From NCBI GenBank assembly GCA_049322955.1, contig JBMOPU010000033.1:64784-128783 (forward strand): a stretch of DNA of 64,000 nt. The letters are read 5' to 3'. This document shows positions 1 through 10,108 of the stretch, in pieces. Within the stretch, counting starts at the first letter, position 1. Each line of letters begins with the position of its first letter. Origin of the DNA: Patescibacteria group bacterium. GTDB taxonomy: Bacteria; Patescibacteriota; Microgenomatia; UBA10105; UBA927. Under the pieces are notes generated by a model, which did not search any database, was not told the DNA's origin, and saw only the letters and a list, made by a program, of their open reading frames with translations. The translations under genes and the position numbers were made by a program.

Positions 1-86
1 GTCTTTACCAATTCGAAAAATACCCACAAAAAAATCGTGAGCATCGTAAAAATCGAAACCAATAATAAATCACGTTCCTCGTCCAT
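1..86 (-). CDS. Partial membrane protein, 5' end only; third gene of the pilN-pilO operon
   Basis: ATG at 86, 2 nt after the pilO stop; reads MDEERDLLLVSIFTMLTIFLWVFFELVK and runs off the window. Confidence 0.6.
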   Translation of the reverse strand, partial: MDEERDLLLVSIFTMLTIFLWVFFELVK

Positions 87-88
87 AG

Positions 89-742
89 TTATTCGGTTGA
101 ATAATAGGAAGTAAGTTTTAATGATAATTGTAACTCATCGAGTAACACCAGCTTCGATAGTCCTAATTTAAGCGAGATTGTATCGACCGATGCGATCCTT
201 CGCATTTTCAGTAACCCGTCCATGAACGCTTTCAGTGACGCGTATTGCCCCGTCAGAACGACGCTTACGGGAAAATCTTCCAGGGGTTTTCCCGGAGCGA
301 GATTTGCGCCGGGCGTTGCTTCCCTTCCTAAAACGGGAAGACTCGGGATCTGAATTGCCGAAACGGATGCGCCGGTGTAGGACGCCAGATTATTGAGCTG
401 GCGCGCGAGTATAATGGCGTCGGGATTATTGGGAAGCGCCTGTCTGATAACGGGGAGTCGGTCTTCGATTTCCTGAAACGTTGCCTGGGCCTCGATGAGT
501 GCGGTGATTTTGTTTTCCATCTGTTCGTTTAACGTTGTTTTATCGGCTATTTCCCTTCGCAAATGAATTATGGTTTGAGCGGTCGGTCGTATGGCATACC
601 AGGCAAAGAGAGAAATAGCCAAAAACGAAAATATCGCGGTGGTTGACGCCCGCATTTTCGGTTTTTTCATCATCGGTTGCAGTTTCTGATAATAGCGATG
701 AAATTGCTCCGAAGAAACGCTGGTATTTGTCGGTAGTGCCAT
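89..742 (-). CDS. pilO: Type IV pilus assembly protein, PilO-like
   Basis: N-terminal TM, coiled coil, then 'FPVSVVLTGQYASLKAFMDGLLKMRRIASVDTI', typical of PilO; follows a PilN-like gene. Confidence 0.75.
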   Translation of the reverse strand: MALPTNTSVSSEQFHRYYQKLQPMMKKPKMRASTTAIFSFLAISLFAWYAIRPTAQTIIHLRREIADKTTLNEQMENKITALIEAQATFQEIEDRLPVIRQALPNNPDAIILARQLNNLASYTGASVSAIQIPSLPVLGREATPGANLAPGKPLEDFPVSVVLTGQYASLKAFMDGLLKMRRIASVDTISLKLGLSKLVLLDELQLSLKLTSYYSTE

Positions 743-745
743 AGA

Positions 746-1303
746 TTATTTTGCCGCGGGTGTCGGTGATCCGATATCTGCCGACAACTGGAAATCAATA
801 CCCGCTCCCGGTTTTCGCTGAATATCACCCAAAATGACATTTTGAATAGTCTTTGTCGATTGGAGATTCGAGAGAAATTGCGCAAACCCCTGGGTTGTTC
901 CCGCGGTCGCGGCGATCGTCATTTTGGTTTTATTGATTTCAAGGGAGGTGAAATATACGTCGGGAGGTAACATCGTCTCGAGCAAATTGATGATCGCAAC
1001 GGGTTTTCCCTGTTCGCTCAATAGCTTCTTGGCCGTCGCAAGATTTGCCTGGAGTGATTTTATTTCCTTTTCAAATTCAAGGTTTGCCTGAATGATCGCC
1101 TGTTTCTGTGTAAGTTCTTCCGTAAGATCGGTGTTTTTTCGATCAAGGCTGAATCGGGAAATAAATGCCAAAAGCACCACAATTTCCGTGGTGATCATGA
1201 TATACCTTCCGTAGGTGGTTGCCCAGGAGATGAGTCGGCCCCAGGGCGTGTGTTCCAGATCCTGAGAGCCAAGTAAATTTATCTGTATCGGTTTGGCAGG
1301 CAT
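746..1303 (-). CDS. pilN: Type IV pilus assembly protein, PilN-like
   Basis: N-terminal 'IQINLL' motif, TM, coiled coil, 'LPPDVYFTSLEI'. Confidence 0.8.
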   Translation of the reverse strand: MPAKPIQINLLGSQDLEHTPWGRLISWATTYGRYIMITTEIVVLLAFISRFSLDRKNTDLTEELTQKQAIIQANLEFEKEIKSLQANLATAKKLLSEQGKPVAIINLLETMLPPDVYFTSLEINKTKMTIAATAGTTQGFAQFLSNLQSTKTIQNVILGDIQRKPGAGIDFQLSADIGSPTPAAK

Positions 1304-1399
1304 ACACAATTAAGTATAGCAAGGGGAATGGGGAAATGAAACGGGCGGGACGGGTATTTTCTTTCGAAAAAAACGTACGGAAATACACCTCTATTCGGG

Positions 1400-1636
1400 T
1401 TATTTCTTGAGAAGCTTGGCAAGGCGTGCCTTGGTTCTGGCGGCGGCGTTTTTGTGGATGATATTGCGCTTTGCCGCTTTATCAAGCGCGGCAAACACTG
1501 CGGAAACACTCTTTTCCGTCGGTGACTTTCGCGCCTTTTTGATTAATCCCTTAAGTAAAGCGCGGCGACCGGCATTTTCCTTGGTTCGCACACGATCATG
1601 TCGCAACTTTTTGATAGCCCGTTTTGTGATTGGCAT
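1400..1636 (-). CDS. rpsT: 30S ribosomal protein S20
   Basis: MPITKRAIK...LDKAAKRNIIHKNAAARTKARL. Confidence 0.97.
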   Translation of the reverse strand: MPITKRAIKKLRHDRVRTKENAGRRALLKGLIKKARKSPTEKSVSAVFAALDKAAKRNIIHKNAAARTKARLAKLLKK

Positions 1637-1643
1637 GTGGGGA

Positions 1644-1673
1644 AGTATAGCTTACTTGGCACTATCGGGTCAA
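1644..1673 (-). promoter_or_regulatory. Sigma70 promoter of rpsT, leaderless
   Basis: Minus strand TTGACC-N18-TATACT, 7 nt before the ATG. Confidence 0.6.
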
Positions 1674-1701
1674 GATCCCCGTGATCTATAATAGGAAAGT
1701 T

Positions 1702-3354
1702 ATGATGCGTTTTTGGGCTTGGGCCTCAAAAAAACAAACAACGGTGGGTTCTGCCGCCACCGTCCTTGCGTTCATGGTGCTTTTATCCCGGGTTCTGGGA
1801 CTTGTCCGTGATAGGCTCCTTTCCACTTATTTTGCGCCCGAGCAGTTGGGCGTTTATTTTGCCGCGTTCCGGATCCCCAATGTCATTTTTGAACTGCTGG
1901 TTATGGGGGCGCTTACGGCCGCGTTTATTCCCGTCTATACCAAATATATAGCGGAAGAAAAACATGATGATGCCAAAAAACTCGCAACCGTGCTTATCAA
2001 TCTGAGCGTCGTGATTTTGTTACTCATTGCCATTCCTTTATACGTTGCGGCGCCGTTTTTTTCCCGTCTGCTTGCTCCCGGTTTCAGTCCGGCGCAAATT
2101 GCGGAAATGACCGCCTACACTCGGTTCATTTTGCTGTTTCAGGTAGCACCTCTGCTTATCGGCAATGTCTTGACGGGTATCCTTCAGTCGCACAGTCTCT
2201 TCCTTATTCCCGCGGCGGCCCCCGTGTTTTATAACGTCGGCATCATTATCGGCACAATTGCCCTTTCCTCGTTGTGGGGATTATGGGGACCCGTCGTCGG
2301 CGTAGGGATCGGGGCATTTCTCTTTGTGGCGATACAGATTCCGCTCATCATGAAACTCGGATATCGACACACCCTTGCGGTTGATCCCAAGACCCCCGGG
2401 GTGAAAGAGGTGGGGAGGCTGATGGGTCCGCGAACTTTGGGACTTGCCATAGCCCAGATTGATATCACGGTGGATTTGATGCTTGCAAGTTTAATGGGGG
2501 CACGGATGGTGACGATTTTTAATTTTGCCCAACACTTACAACAATTACCCGTCGGTCTTTTCGGTACCACGATCGCGCAAGCCGCGCTTCCTTCATTGTC
2601 ACAATTTTCCGCAAAAGATAATAAACACGAATTTCGGGAAACGATCCAAAAAGGCATTCATCAGATTCTGTTTTGGGTGCTTCCCGCGTCCGTGTTGTTC
2701 ATGGTGCTACGGATTCCGATCGTTCGATTGGTGTTTGGCGCCTCACAATTTGACTGGGCGGCAACCGTCGATACGGGGATGACACTTTCCGCTTTCGGAT
2801 TATCCTTGTTCGCTCAGGCGATTATCCATATCCTCGCACGGGGGTTTTATGCGCTGTATGACACGAAAACACCGGTTCGGATCGGAATTATCACCGTAAT
2901 CATCAATTCACTCCTCAGCGCCGTATTTGTGTTGCTCATGCATCTGCCCGTCTGGTCACTGGGACTATCCACCTCCATCGCCAGTATTATTAATGCCGCG
3001 GCGTTATTGTACCTCCTCGATCAGCGAATCACGGCGCTTATATCCCGTACCCTTACGGTTCCCGCTATCAAAATGGCGATTGCGGCCGGAGTAACGGGAG
3101 TCGCGCTCTACATTCCGTTAAAGTTACTCGATCAGCTTGTCTTCGATACGACCCGAACCTTCGGTTTGCTGTTTCTTACCGGGGTATCGGCAAGCCTGGG
3201 ACTCATGACCTATTTCTTTCTGTCCTGGGTCTTGGGGGTGACGCAGGTGTACTCGATTCTTCGCTTCACCAGGAAAATAACCGCACTTCGGGGTTTCTCC
3301 ATTGAACCCGCACAGGAAGTCGTCAACGGCGGTATTTCCGATAAGGTCTCGTAA
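1702..3354 (+). CDS. murJ: Lipid II flippase MurJ/MviN
   Basis: SRVLGLVRD, FAAFRIPN, QLPVGLFG, ARGFYALYDTKTP; many TM helices. Confidence 0.95.
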   Translation: MMRFWAWASKKQTTVGSAATVLAFMVLLSRVLGLVRDRLLSTYFAPEQLGVYFAAFRIPNVIFELLVMGALTAAFIPVYTKYIAEEKHDDAKKLATVLINLSVVILLLIAIPLYVAAPFFSRLLAPGFSPAQIAEMTAYTRFILLFQVAPLLIGNVLTGILQSHSLFLIPAAAPVFYNVGIIIGTIALSSLWGLWGPVVGVGIGAFLFVAIQIPLIMKLGYRHTLAVDPKTPGVKEVGRLMGPRTLGLAIAQIDITVDLMLASLMGARMVTIFNFAQHLQQLPVGLFGTTIAQAALPSLSQFSAKDNKHEFRETIQKGIHQILFWVLPASVLFMVLRIPIVRLVFGASQFDWAATVDTGMTLSAFGLSLFAQAIIHILARGFYALYDTKTPVRIGIITVIINSLLSAVFVLLMHLPVWSLGLSTSIASIINAAALLYLLDQRITALISRTLTVPAIKMAIAAGVTGVALYIPLKLLDQLVFDTTRTFGLLFLTGVSASLGLMTYFFLSWVLGVTQVYSILRFTRKITALRGFSIEPAQEVVNGGISDKVS

Positions 3355-3366
3355 CCCCGCAATGAA

Positions 3367-3386
3367 TCCGCACCGCAGAGTGCGGA
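3367..3386. terminator. Hairpin between the convergent murJ and GH39 genes
   Basis: TCCGCAC-cgcaga-GTGCGGA inverted repeat, no strong U tract. Confidence 0.35.
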
Positions 3387-3428
3387 AGCAATACGTTCCA
3401 TGGGGAAACGCGGTTTATTCCGCGGTAT

Positions 3429-4832
3429 TTACTTATCCCGGGTGAGTTCCAGTATGCCGATGCTTTGGCTCGGCATGAATACATCAGTCGTGAGCGTACC
3501 GTCTTCGACGGTATAGGGTTTTGTCGCATCCCGACCGAAGAGAAACCGCTCGCGGAGTTTGTAGGAACCGGGGGCTAACTTGGTGAATTTCACCGGAACC
3601 TGTTCCGTATGACTGCCCTTGCTATCAAAATTAACCAGCAATACCCGCATCACATCATTTTGTATCGTCGCAAAACCGGTTACCCATGATCCTTCACCTG
3701 TTAACTGCATGCGGGTGCCCGCCATGGTATCGATGAATGAATACACGCTATAACGCGGTTTTTTCTTGAGTCCGTTGTCGTCATGGGTGATAAGCCCCCA
3801 TCCACTGCCGTCGGATTGGTTGGGTCCGTCTTTCAGCTGAAAACTCATAAGATACGTGGGTCCCCCTGAAATAAGCTGGCGAATAACCGCGGCGGTGTGC
3901 GCCGCCCCGTACATCGTGCCGTAGCCGTTGCTTTTACTTCCCGTAAATCCGAATTCGGTAATAAGTTTCGGAAGGAGCGTATAGGACGGATATTGCACCA
4001 ACCAGGAAATAATATTTCGCTGATCCGTCGCAAACTGCTCGGGATCGGAAAGATACGAGTGCCATGAGAAAAAGTTCAGCCGATTTCCCGACTCCGCAAG
4101 TGCGATGATCCAGTTTTTATAAAGTCCGGTAGTGGAGGGTCCTCCCAGGAAAAACTGATTCACGTTTTGGGCGTTGTTGGCGCCAATTGCGGCATAACGA
4201 TATAGCGTCAGATAATTTTTCTCTCCTCCCAATTTCCAGGAACCGAATTGTGCCAGATCTGGTTCATTCCATACCTCATAATACACGCCGTTTAAATTAC
4301 GTGCGCCTTTTCCGCTGTAATGTTCAATGGTCTTCTGCACAACAAGTGACCACTCATTCCAGTCATTGGGCGGATTAATAATCACGCCGTCTTTTGCGAT
4401 GACATTCGGCATATAGGAAAGGGCAAGTACCGGCTTGGCTCCCGTTGAGATAATGGTATTGACGACGGCATCAAGTCGTGTCCAATCAAAGGTGAGTCCG
4501 TTGTCATCCCGTCCGACAACCTGATAACTGTCATATAAATGGTCGATACGGATTACTTGCGGGCGAAGTGCCCTGACGTCTCCGGCGATACTTTGCAACA
4601 TATCGTTTTGTTCTTCTCCCCCTTGGGCAAAGGCGTGATAAAAATCTGTTTTAATAGGCTCAAGTCTCGTCGAGGTGTCAACGACGATATTTGCGGGAGT
4701 ACCGCTGGCGCGGGTGAGGATGGTAATGGTCGATCCTATCGCCATGATGAAGAGGGGGAGGAAGATGATAAGTCCCAGGAACGAAATAATTGACGTCGTC
4801 CTTCCCGATGCCTGCCGCATGACCAAACTCAT
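3429..4832 (-). CDS. Membrane-anchored/secreted glycoside hydrolase, GH39-like (clan GH-A)
   Basis: EVWNEPD acid/base and LITEFG nucleophile motifs, GGP and SWHSY motifs; N-terminal TM; ATGA overlap with the upstream stop. Confidence 0.8.
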   Translation of the reverse strand: MSLVMRQASGRTTSIISFLGLIIFLPLFIMAIGSTITILTRASGTPANIVVDTSTRLEPIKTDFYHAFAQGGEEQNDMLQSIAGDVRALRPQVIRIDHLYDSYQVVGRDDNGLTFDWTRLDAVVNTIISTGAKPVLALSYMPNVIAKDGVIINPPNDWNEWSLVVQKTIEHYSGKGARNLNGVYYEVWNEPDLAQFGSWKLGGEKNYLTLYRYAAIGANNAQNVNQFFLGGPSTTGLYKNWIIALAESGNRLNFFSWHSYLSDPEQFATDQRNIISWLVQYPSYTLLPKLITEFGFTGSKSNGYGTMYGAAHTAAVIRQLISGGPTYLMSFQLKDGPNQSDGSGWGLITHDDNGLKKKPRYSVYSFIDTMAGTRMQLTGEGSWVTGFATIQNDVMRVLLVNFDSKGSHTEQVPVKFTKLAPGSYKLRERFLFGRDATKPYTVEDGTLTTDVFMPSQSIGILELTRDK

Positions 4833-5860
4833 ATCTGTTGCCTCCTTAGCCACGGAATAACCGATCCGGTAACGATAAACAGCATACCGATACTCAAAAG
4901 AAGGATGGTGTTTTCAACCGCACCCGATACCGGAATGGCACTTCCCGATGCACCGTTTTCATCTCCCGTTGCCACCACGAACGCGAGCGTTGCGGTGTGT
5001 GATTTGCCCGTCGCGGGATCCTGGGCCGCTACTACTATGGTATGCGGTCCTGCGGGAAGCGGCTCTTCCATCGTGTAGCTCCAGTTGCCGTTTGCATCCG
5101 CGGTGACGGTGACGGTTATCGGATCAGAATAAATCGTCACCGTAACTTCCGTGCCGGGAGGCGCTTTTCCTTCAATGGTGGGTTGTTGCGTGGTTACCGA
5201 TTCATTCCGTGTCGGCGAATCAATGGTCACGGCGGATGGACTGGCACTATCAGAAGCCGAAAGCGTGGGAGTAAGCGTCGGAGTAACGGCAAGCGTGGTC
5301 GTCGGTGTTACCGTTCCCGCGAGCTGATTGCCGCCGCCGCTTCCTATGGTAATAGTTGCCGGCACCGTGCTGGTTAAGGCATTGGTACTTCCCTCATTTA
5401 ATGCACCGACAAACGTATCGGCGGCGAAGCGTACGGCAACAGGCGATGTCGTCTCGGCAAGCGCTTTAAATTTAATGGTTGCCACGGTTCCCGTCCCGGT
5501 AATCGGCGTCGTCGTGTTGGTTGCTCCCAGAGCCATGGAAACGGTGCCGTTGCCGACGGTTCCCGATGTCAGGATGTTGGGAAACATCGTGCCGTTATGT
5601 ATCCACTCGGCCTGGAGCTTTGCCGGATCATAGGTGAGTTTCAAATCCACGGCGACAATCTGGTTGTCTGCCGTATCCATCCGCACTTCAAGCGTGAACT
5701 CGTCGTTGACCGCCTTTGTGAGCGTTGTCGGGGTGAGGGTAAGAGTGGTTGCGGGCGCCGCTTTTTTTCGGAGTTCCTGGCTACGCATGGTGAGAAAAAC
5801 CGATGCGGGAATGGCAATAAGCGTGATTAAAGAAATCAAAATAATAACAAGTCGTTTCAT
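4829..5860 (-). CDS. Surface protein: cohesin-like domain, Thr/Pro linker, Ig-like (Big) domain, IPVSG sorting signal
   Basis: 'AVDLKLTYDPAKL' and 'GTVATIKFKA' (cohesin); 'PTIEGKAPPG...ADANGNWS...GPHTIVV' (Big); C-terminal IPVSG-TM-RR. Confidence 0.75.
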   Translation of the reverse strand: MKRLVIILISLITLIAIPASVFLTMRSQELRKKAAPATTLTLTPTTLTKAVNDEFTLEVRMDTADNQIVAVDLKLTYDPAKLQAEWIHNGTMFPNILTSGTVGNGTVSMALGATNTTTPITGTGTVATIKFKALAETTSPVAVRFAADTFVGALNEGSTNALTSTVPATITIGSGGGNQLAGTVTPTTTLAVTPTLTPTLSASDSASPSAVTIDSPTRNESVTTQQPTIEGKAPPGTEVTVTIYSDPITVTVTADANGNWSYTMEEPLPAGPHTIVVAAQDPATGKSHTATLAFVVATGDENGASGSAIPVSGAVENTILLLSIGMLFIVTGSVIPWLRRQQI

Positions 5861-5931
5861 GCCTATCTTCATTATGATAGAGCAAGAGATGAATGGCAAT
5901 AGTAAGATGCCACACGTCGTAAAAAAACCTC

Positions 5932-5968
5932 TTGACACGTATTAGCACTCGATGTATATTACTGCTAA
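5932..5968 (+). promoter_or_regulatory. Sigma70 promoter overlapped by a CIRCE operator (HrcA site)
   Basis: TTGACA(5932)-N17-TATATT(5955); TTAGCACTC-N9-TACTGCTAA at 5942-5968 versus consensus TTAGCACTC-N9-GAGTGCTAA. Confidence 0.88.
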
Positions 5969-5969
5969 T

Positions 5970-6695
5970 ATGGATGGTGTAGCTGATTTAACGCCACGAC
6001 AAATTCAGATTTTAAAAGCCGTCATCGACGAGTATATTTCGACGGCGGAAGCGGTGGGGAGTGAAACGCTCGAGAAAAAACATAATCTCGGCGTATCACC
6101 GGCAACCATCCGTAACGAAATGGTACGCCTCACCGAGTTGGGAATGTTAAAACAGCCGCATACTTCGGCAGGTCGTGCCCCGACGCCGGTGGCGCTCAAG
6201 TATTATGTCGAGCAACTCATGAAACCCAAGGATCTGTCCGTTGCCGAAGAGGTTGCGGTGAAGGAAAAAGTATGGAATTATCGGCAGGAAATCGATAAAT
6301 TGCTCCGCGAAGCCACAAAAGCGCTGGCCGAGAAAACCAAAACACTTGCGATCACGGCAACCAACGAGGGAGATCTGTATTATGCCGGTGCGGCGAATAT
6401 TCTCGACATGCCCGAATTTTATGATTACCAGCTGACGCATGATTTGCTCGGTACCCTGGATGAATACGGTTTTTGGTGGGGGATTCTGGAATCGCACGGC
6501 GATCCGTTTTCGATACTTGTGGGAGATGATCTTTCGACGGGCAGTCTTACCCAATGCGGATTTGTGTATCACAAATTCAAGACGCCGCATGTATCGGGTG
6601 CTATCGGGGTAGTGGGTCCCTCGCGCCTCAATTACCCGTCGGTTATTCCCGTCGTACGGTATTTGGGCAACCTCATTGACGAGTTTGCAAGTTAA
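5970..6695 (+). CDS. hrcA: Heat-inducible transcription repressor HrcA, short form
   Basis: VSPATIRNEM, QPHTSAGRAPT, GVVGPSRLNY; upstream of grpE-dnaK. Confidence 0.93.
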   Translation: MDGVADLTPRQIQILKAVIDEYISTAEAVGSETLEKKHNLGVSPATIRNEMVRLTELGMLKQPHTSAGRAPTPVALKYYVEQLMKPKDLSVAEEVAVKEKVWNYRQEIDKLLREATKALAEKTKTLAITATNEGDLYYAGAANILDMPEFYDYQLTHDLLGTLDEYGFWWGILESHGDPFSILVGDDLSTGSLTQCGFVYHKFKTPHVSGAIGVVGPSRLNYPSVIPVVRYLGNLIDEFAS

Positions 6696-6716
6696 CAAAG
6701 AGGAGTATTTTCCGCT

Positions 6717-7193
6717 ATGAAAAAATACAATGATAAACCGGTGATTGATGAAAAAGTGCAGGACACCAAAAGCTCGCAGGATGCCGCCGTGGAGGAGTGG
6801 AAGACAAAGTACATGCGGGCGCTTGCCGATTATCAGAATCTCGAAAAACGAACGGCCGAGCGGGTAAGCGAAGTTCGCCAATATGCCGCCGAAAGCGTAT
6901 TAACACGACTGCTTCCGGTGGTTGATACCTTCGGGAAAGTGACAGAACACATCAATGATCCCGGACTCGCTCTGGCGTATAAGGAATTGCTTTCGGTGCT
7001 TACCGAACAGGGAGTCGAAAAAATCGATGTGGTGGGGAGGGAGTTTGACCCCGTCGAAATGGACTGCATTGAAGTCGTATCCGGCAACGACAACGAAGTA
7101 GTTGAAGAAGTGCAAACAGGGTATCGGTTTCGGGGAAAGGTGTTGCGGGTAGCGCGAGTCAAAGTCGGCAAGTCGGAGGTAACAACTCATTAA
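6717..7193 (+). CDS. grpE: Nucleotide exchange factor GrpE
   Basis: RALADYQNLEKR, FDP, GYRFRGKVLRVARVKV. Confidence 0.95.
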   Translation: MKKYNDKPVIDEKVQDTKSSQDAAVEEWKTKYMRALADYQNLEKRTAERVSEVRQYAAESVLTRLLPVVDTFGKVTEHINDPGLALAYKELLSVLTEQGVEKIDVVGREFDPVEMDCIEVVSGNDNEVVEEVQTGYRFRGKVLRVARVKVGKSEVTTH

Positions 7194-7217
7194 TTGTTCA
7201 CAAAGAAAGGAGAACAT

Positions 7218-9116
7218 ATGGCAAAAATTATCGGTATCGATTTAGGAACAACCAATTCATGTGTGGCGGTTATGGAGGGAGGATCACCCAAAGTGATCCA
7301 TTCCGCTGAAGGACGCAACGTGATCCCTTCCGTCGTTGATCCCATTAAAAACATCGTCGGCGATGTTGCAAAGCGACAAACCGTGCTGAAACCGAAATCA
7401 ACGGTCTTTTCCGTAAAACGGTTGGTCGGACGCAAATATTCCGACGCGTCGGTACAAACGGATGCCAAATGGCTTCCCTATACCATCAAATCCGGCAAAA
7501 ACGACATGGCAGTCGTCGAAGTGGAAGGAAAAACATTCACTCCGCAGGAAATTTCGGCAAAAATTCTTTCCAAAATCAAAGCGGACGCCGAAAAATATCT
7601 GGGCGAACCGGTCAAACAGGCGGTTATTACGGTGCCTGCATACTTTGATGACTCGGAACGGCAGGCAACCAAACAGGCAGGCGAGATCGCCGGTCTTGAG
7701 GTGCTTCGTATTCTTAATGAACCCACGGCCGCGGCATTGGCGTACGGACTCGACAAGAAAAACGTCCACACGATTGCCGTCTACGACTTGGGAGGCGGAA
7801 CATTTGATATCTCCATTCTTGAACTCGGCGAAGGGGTCTATGAAGTAAAGGCCACCAACGGAGATACCCATTTGGGAGGCGATGACTTTGACAAGAAAAT
7901 TCTTGACTATCTTGCCGATGAGTTCAAGAAAGAACACGGTGTCGATCTACGAAGCGACAATCAGGCACTCCAACGGCTTCGTGATGCCGCCGAAAAAGCA
8001 AAGATTGAACTTTCAAGCGCCATGGAAGCGGAAGTGAACCTGCCCTTCATCACCCAAGGCAAAGACGGCCCGCTCCATCTGGTCGTCAAAATAACACGCG
8101 CCAAGCTGGAGTCGATCGTGCTGGATCTTATCCAGAAATCCATTGAGCCGGTCAAGAAATGTCTTGCCGACGCGAAACTCAAAGTTTCCGATATCAATGA
8201 AGTCGTGATGGTGGGAGGCATGACCCGCATGCCGAAAGTCGTTGAAGTGGTCAAAGACTTCTTCGGCAAGGAGCCCAATGCTTCCGTCAACCCCGACGAG
8301 GTGGTGGCAATCGGCGCCGCGGTGCAGGCGGGCGTACTTTCGGGAGATGTCAAAGACGTCGTACTTCTGGATGTCACGCCGCTTACCCTTTCGGTGGAAA
8401 CACTGGGAGGTGTTTCGACGCCCATGATCACCCGAAATACCACCGTTCCGACGAGTAAGACGGAAATTTACTCGACGGCCGCGGATAATCAGACATCGGT
8501 TGAGATTAACGTCCTGCAGGGTGAGCGGCCGATGGCCGCCGACAACAAGTCGCTGGGGCGATTCGTGCTTTCCGGTATTCCGCCGGCTCCCCGCGGAACG
8601 CCGCAGGTCGAGGTAACCTTCGATATCGATGCGTCGGGTATTTTGTCCGTTTCCGCCAAAGACAAGGCAAGCGGCAAGGTAAGCTCGATTAAGATCACGG
8701 GTTCCACGGGTCTTTCGAAAGAGGAAGTGGAAAAGATGCGCCAGGAAGCCGAAGCGCATGCCGCGGAAGACTCAGAGAAAAAGGAGAAGATCGAAGCCCG
8801 TAACAAGGCTGATAACATGATCTATCTCGCCGAAAAGACCGTCAAGGACGCGGGAGACAAGGCAAAAGCGGAAGATAAAGCCGCAATCGAAGAAAAGGTA
8901 AAGGCATTAAAGGAAATCCTTGAGACGGGATCCAAGGAAGATCTTGAGGCCAAAACGGGTGAGCTTTCCGATGTCGTCCAGAAGGTAGGCGCCGCTATGT
9001 ATCAACAGGCTCCGCAGGGAAATCCCGCCGATGCGGGGGCAACGGGAACAACCGATACCGCGGATAAAAAACCGGATGAAAAAGGCAAGGCTGAAGAAGG
9101 TGAAGTGGTGAGTTAA
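7218..9116 (+). CDS. dnaK: Chaperone DnaK
   Basis: [24 protein letters not shown]; SD AAGGAG. Confidence 0.99.
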   Translation: MAKIIGIDLGTTNSCVAVMEGGSPKVIHSAEGRNVIPSVVDPIKNIVGDVAKRQTVLKPKSTVFSVKRLVGRKYSDASVQTDAKWLPYTIKSGKNDMAVVEVEGKTFTPQEISAKILSKIKADAEKYLGEPVKQAVITVPAYFDDSERQATKQAGEIAGLEVLRILNEPTAAALAYGLDKKNVHTIAVYDLGGGTFDISILELGEGVYEVKATNGDTHLGGDDFDKKILDYLADEFKKEHGVDLRSDNQALQRLRDAAEKAKIELSSAMEAEVNLPFITQGKDGPLHLVVKITRAKLESIVLDLIQKSIEPVKKCLADAKLKVSDINEVVMVGGMTRMPKVVEVVKDFFGKEPNASVNPDEVVAIGAAVQAGVLSGDVKDVVLLDVTPLTLSVETLGGVSTPMITRNTTVPTSKTEIYSTAADNQTSVEINVLQGERPMAADNKSLGRFVLSGIPPAPRGTPQVEVTFDIDASGILSVSAKDKASGKVSSIKITGSTGLSKEEVEKMRQEAEAHAAEDSEKKEKIEARNKADNMIYLAEKTVKDAGDKAKAEDKAAIEEKVKALKEILETGSKEDLEAKTGELSDVVQKVGAAMYQQAPQGNPADAGATGTTDTADKKPDEKGKAEEGEVVS

Positions 9117-9146
9117 CCGCCAAGGCATTTGACATTGTATAATGCT

Positions 9147-9168
9147 AGGGCGCGCGAAAGCGCGCCCT
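9147..9168 (+). promoter_or_regulatory. GC-rich GAAA-tetraloop hairpin between dnaK and dnaJ
   Basis: AGGGCGCGC-GAAA-GCGCGCCCT, perfect 9-bp stem just after TGTATAAT. Confidence 0.6.
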
Positions 9169-9175
9169 TACGATT

Positions 9176-10072
9176 ATGGCAACGAAACGTGATTTTTACG
9201 AAATATTGGGAGTGAGTAAATCCGCGTCCGCCGCGGAGATTAAATCCGCGTATCGCAAGCTTGCCCTCGAGTGGCATCCCGATCGAAATAAGGCCGCAAA
9301 CGCCAACGAAAAATTTAAGGAAATCAACGAAGCCTACGCAGTGCTTTCCGATCCCAAAAAGAAAGAAACATATGACCAATACGGACATGCGGCGTTCCAA
9401 CCCGGCATGGGCGGGGGAGCGCAAGGGGGCAACCCCTTCGGCGGCGGGTTCGGACAGGGACCGTTCCAATACTATTACTCGTCAGGCGGTCAGGGAGGCA
9501 ATCCGTTCGGCGGTATGGGTGGCGGGGACTTTATCGATCCGTTTGAAATATTTGAACAGTTTTTCGGCGGCGGTTTTTCTCCCCGGGGTCGCGGCCGTGC
9601 ACATCCTTCCTATGAAATGGAAATCAGCTTCATGGATGCCGTCAAAGGGGTGACCCGCGAAATTCATGTGCCCAAGGGGGGAGCAGGCGAAGGGTCTCTC
9701 AAAAAAACAATCAAAATCCCGGCAGGCGTGGATACCGGTTCGCGCATACGGTTTGATGAATTCGATCTGGTGATTTCGGTAGCCCCGGACAAAAAGTTCA
9801 AACGGGAAGGGGATGATATCTTTCTCGAAGAGGGAATTTCCTATAGTATGGCCGCCCTGGGAGGGGTTTTGGAAGTTCCTACCATTGATGAATCGGTCAA
9901 AATTCGTATCCAACCGGGTACCCAGCCGGGTACACTGATCCGCATCAGAGGCAAAGGCGTTCCCCATGTGCGCGGCAACGGGAGGGGGGATCAATACGTC
10001 AAAATTCAGGTGAAGGTACCGACCCATCTTTCGCGGCGCCAAAAGGAACTGTTGGAAGAATTCGACGCATAG
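9176..10072 (+). CDS. dnaJ: DnaJ, class B (no zinc finger)
   Basis: J domain with HPD, G/F-rich region, C-terminal IPAGVDTG and GTQPG; no CxxCxGxG repeats. Confidence 0.92.
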   Translation: MATKRDFYEILGVSKSASAAEIKSAYRKLALEWHPDRNKAANANEKFKEINEAYAVLSDPKKKETYDQYGHAAFQPGMGGGAQGGNPFGGGFGQGPFQYYYSSGGQGGNPFGGMGGGDFIDPFEIFEQFFGGGFSPRGRGRAHPSYEMEISFMDAVKGVTREIHVPKGGAGEGSLKKTIKIPAGVDTGSRIRFDEFDLVISVAPDKKFKREGDDIFLEEGISYSMAALGGVLEVPTIDESVKIRIQPGTQPGTLIRIRGKGVPHVRGNGRGDQYVKIQVKVPTHLSRRQKELLEEFDA

Positions 10073-10108
10073 TAACCCCGGGGGGATTTTACGATGTACA
10101 ATGGCGGT

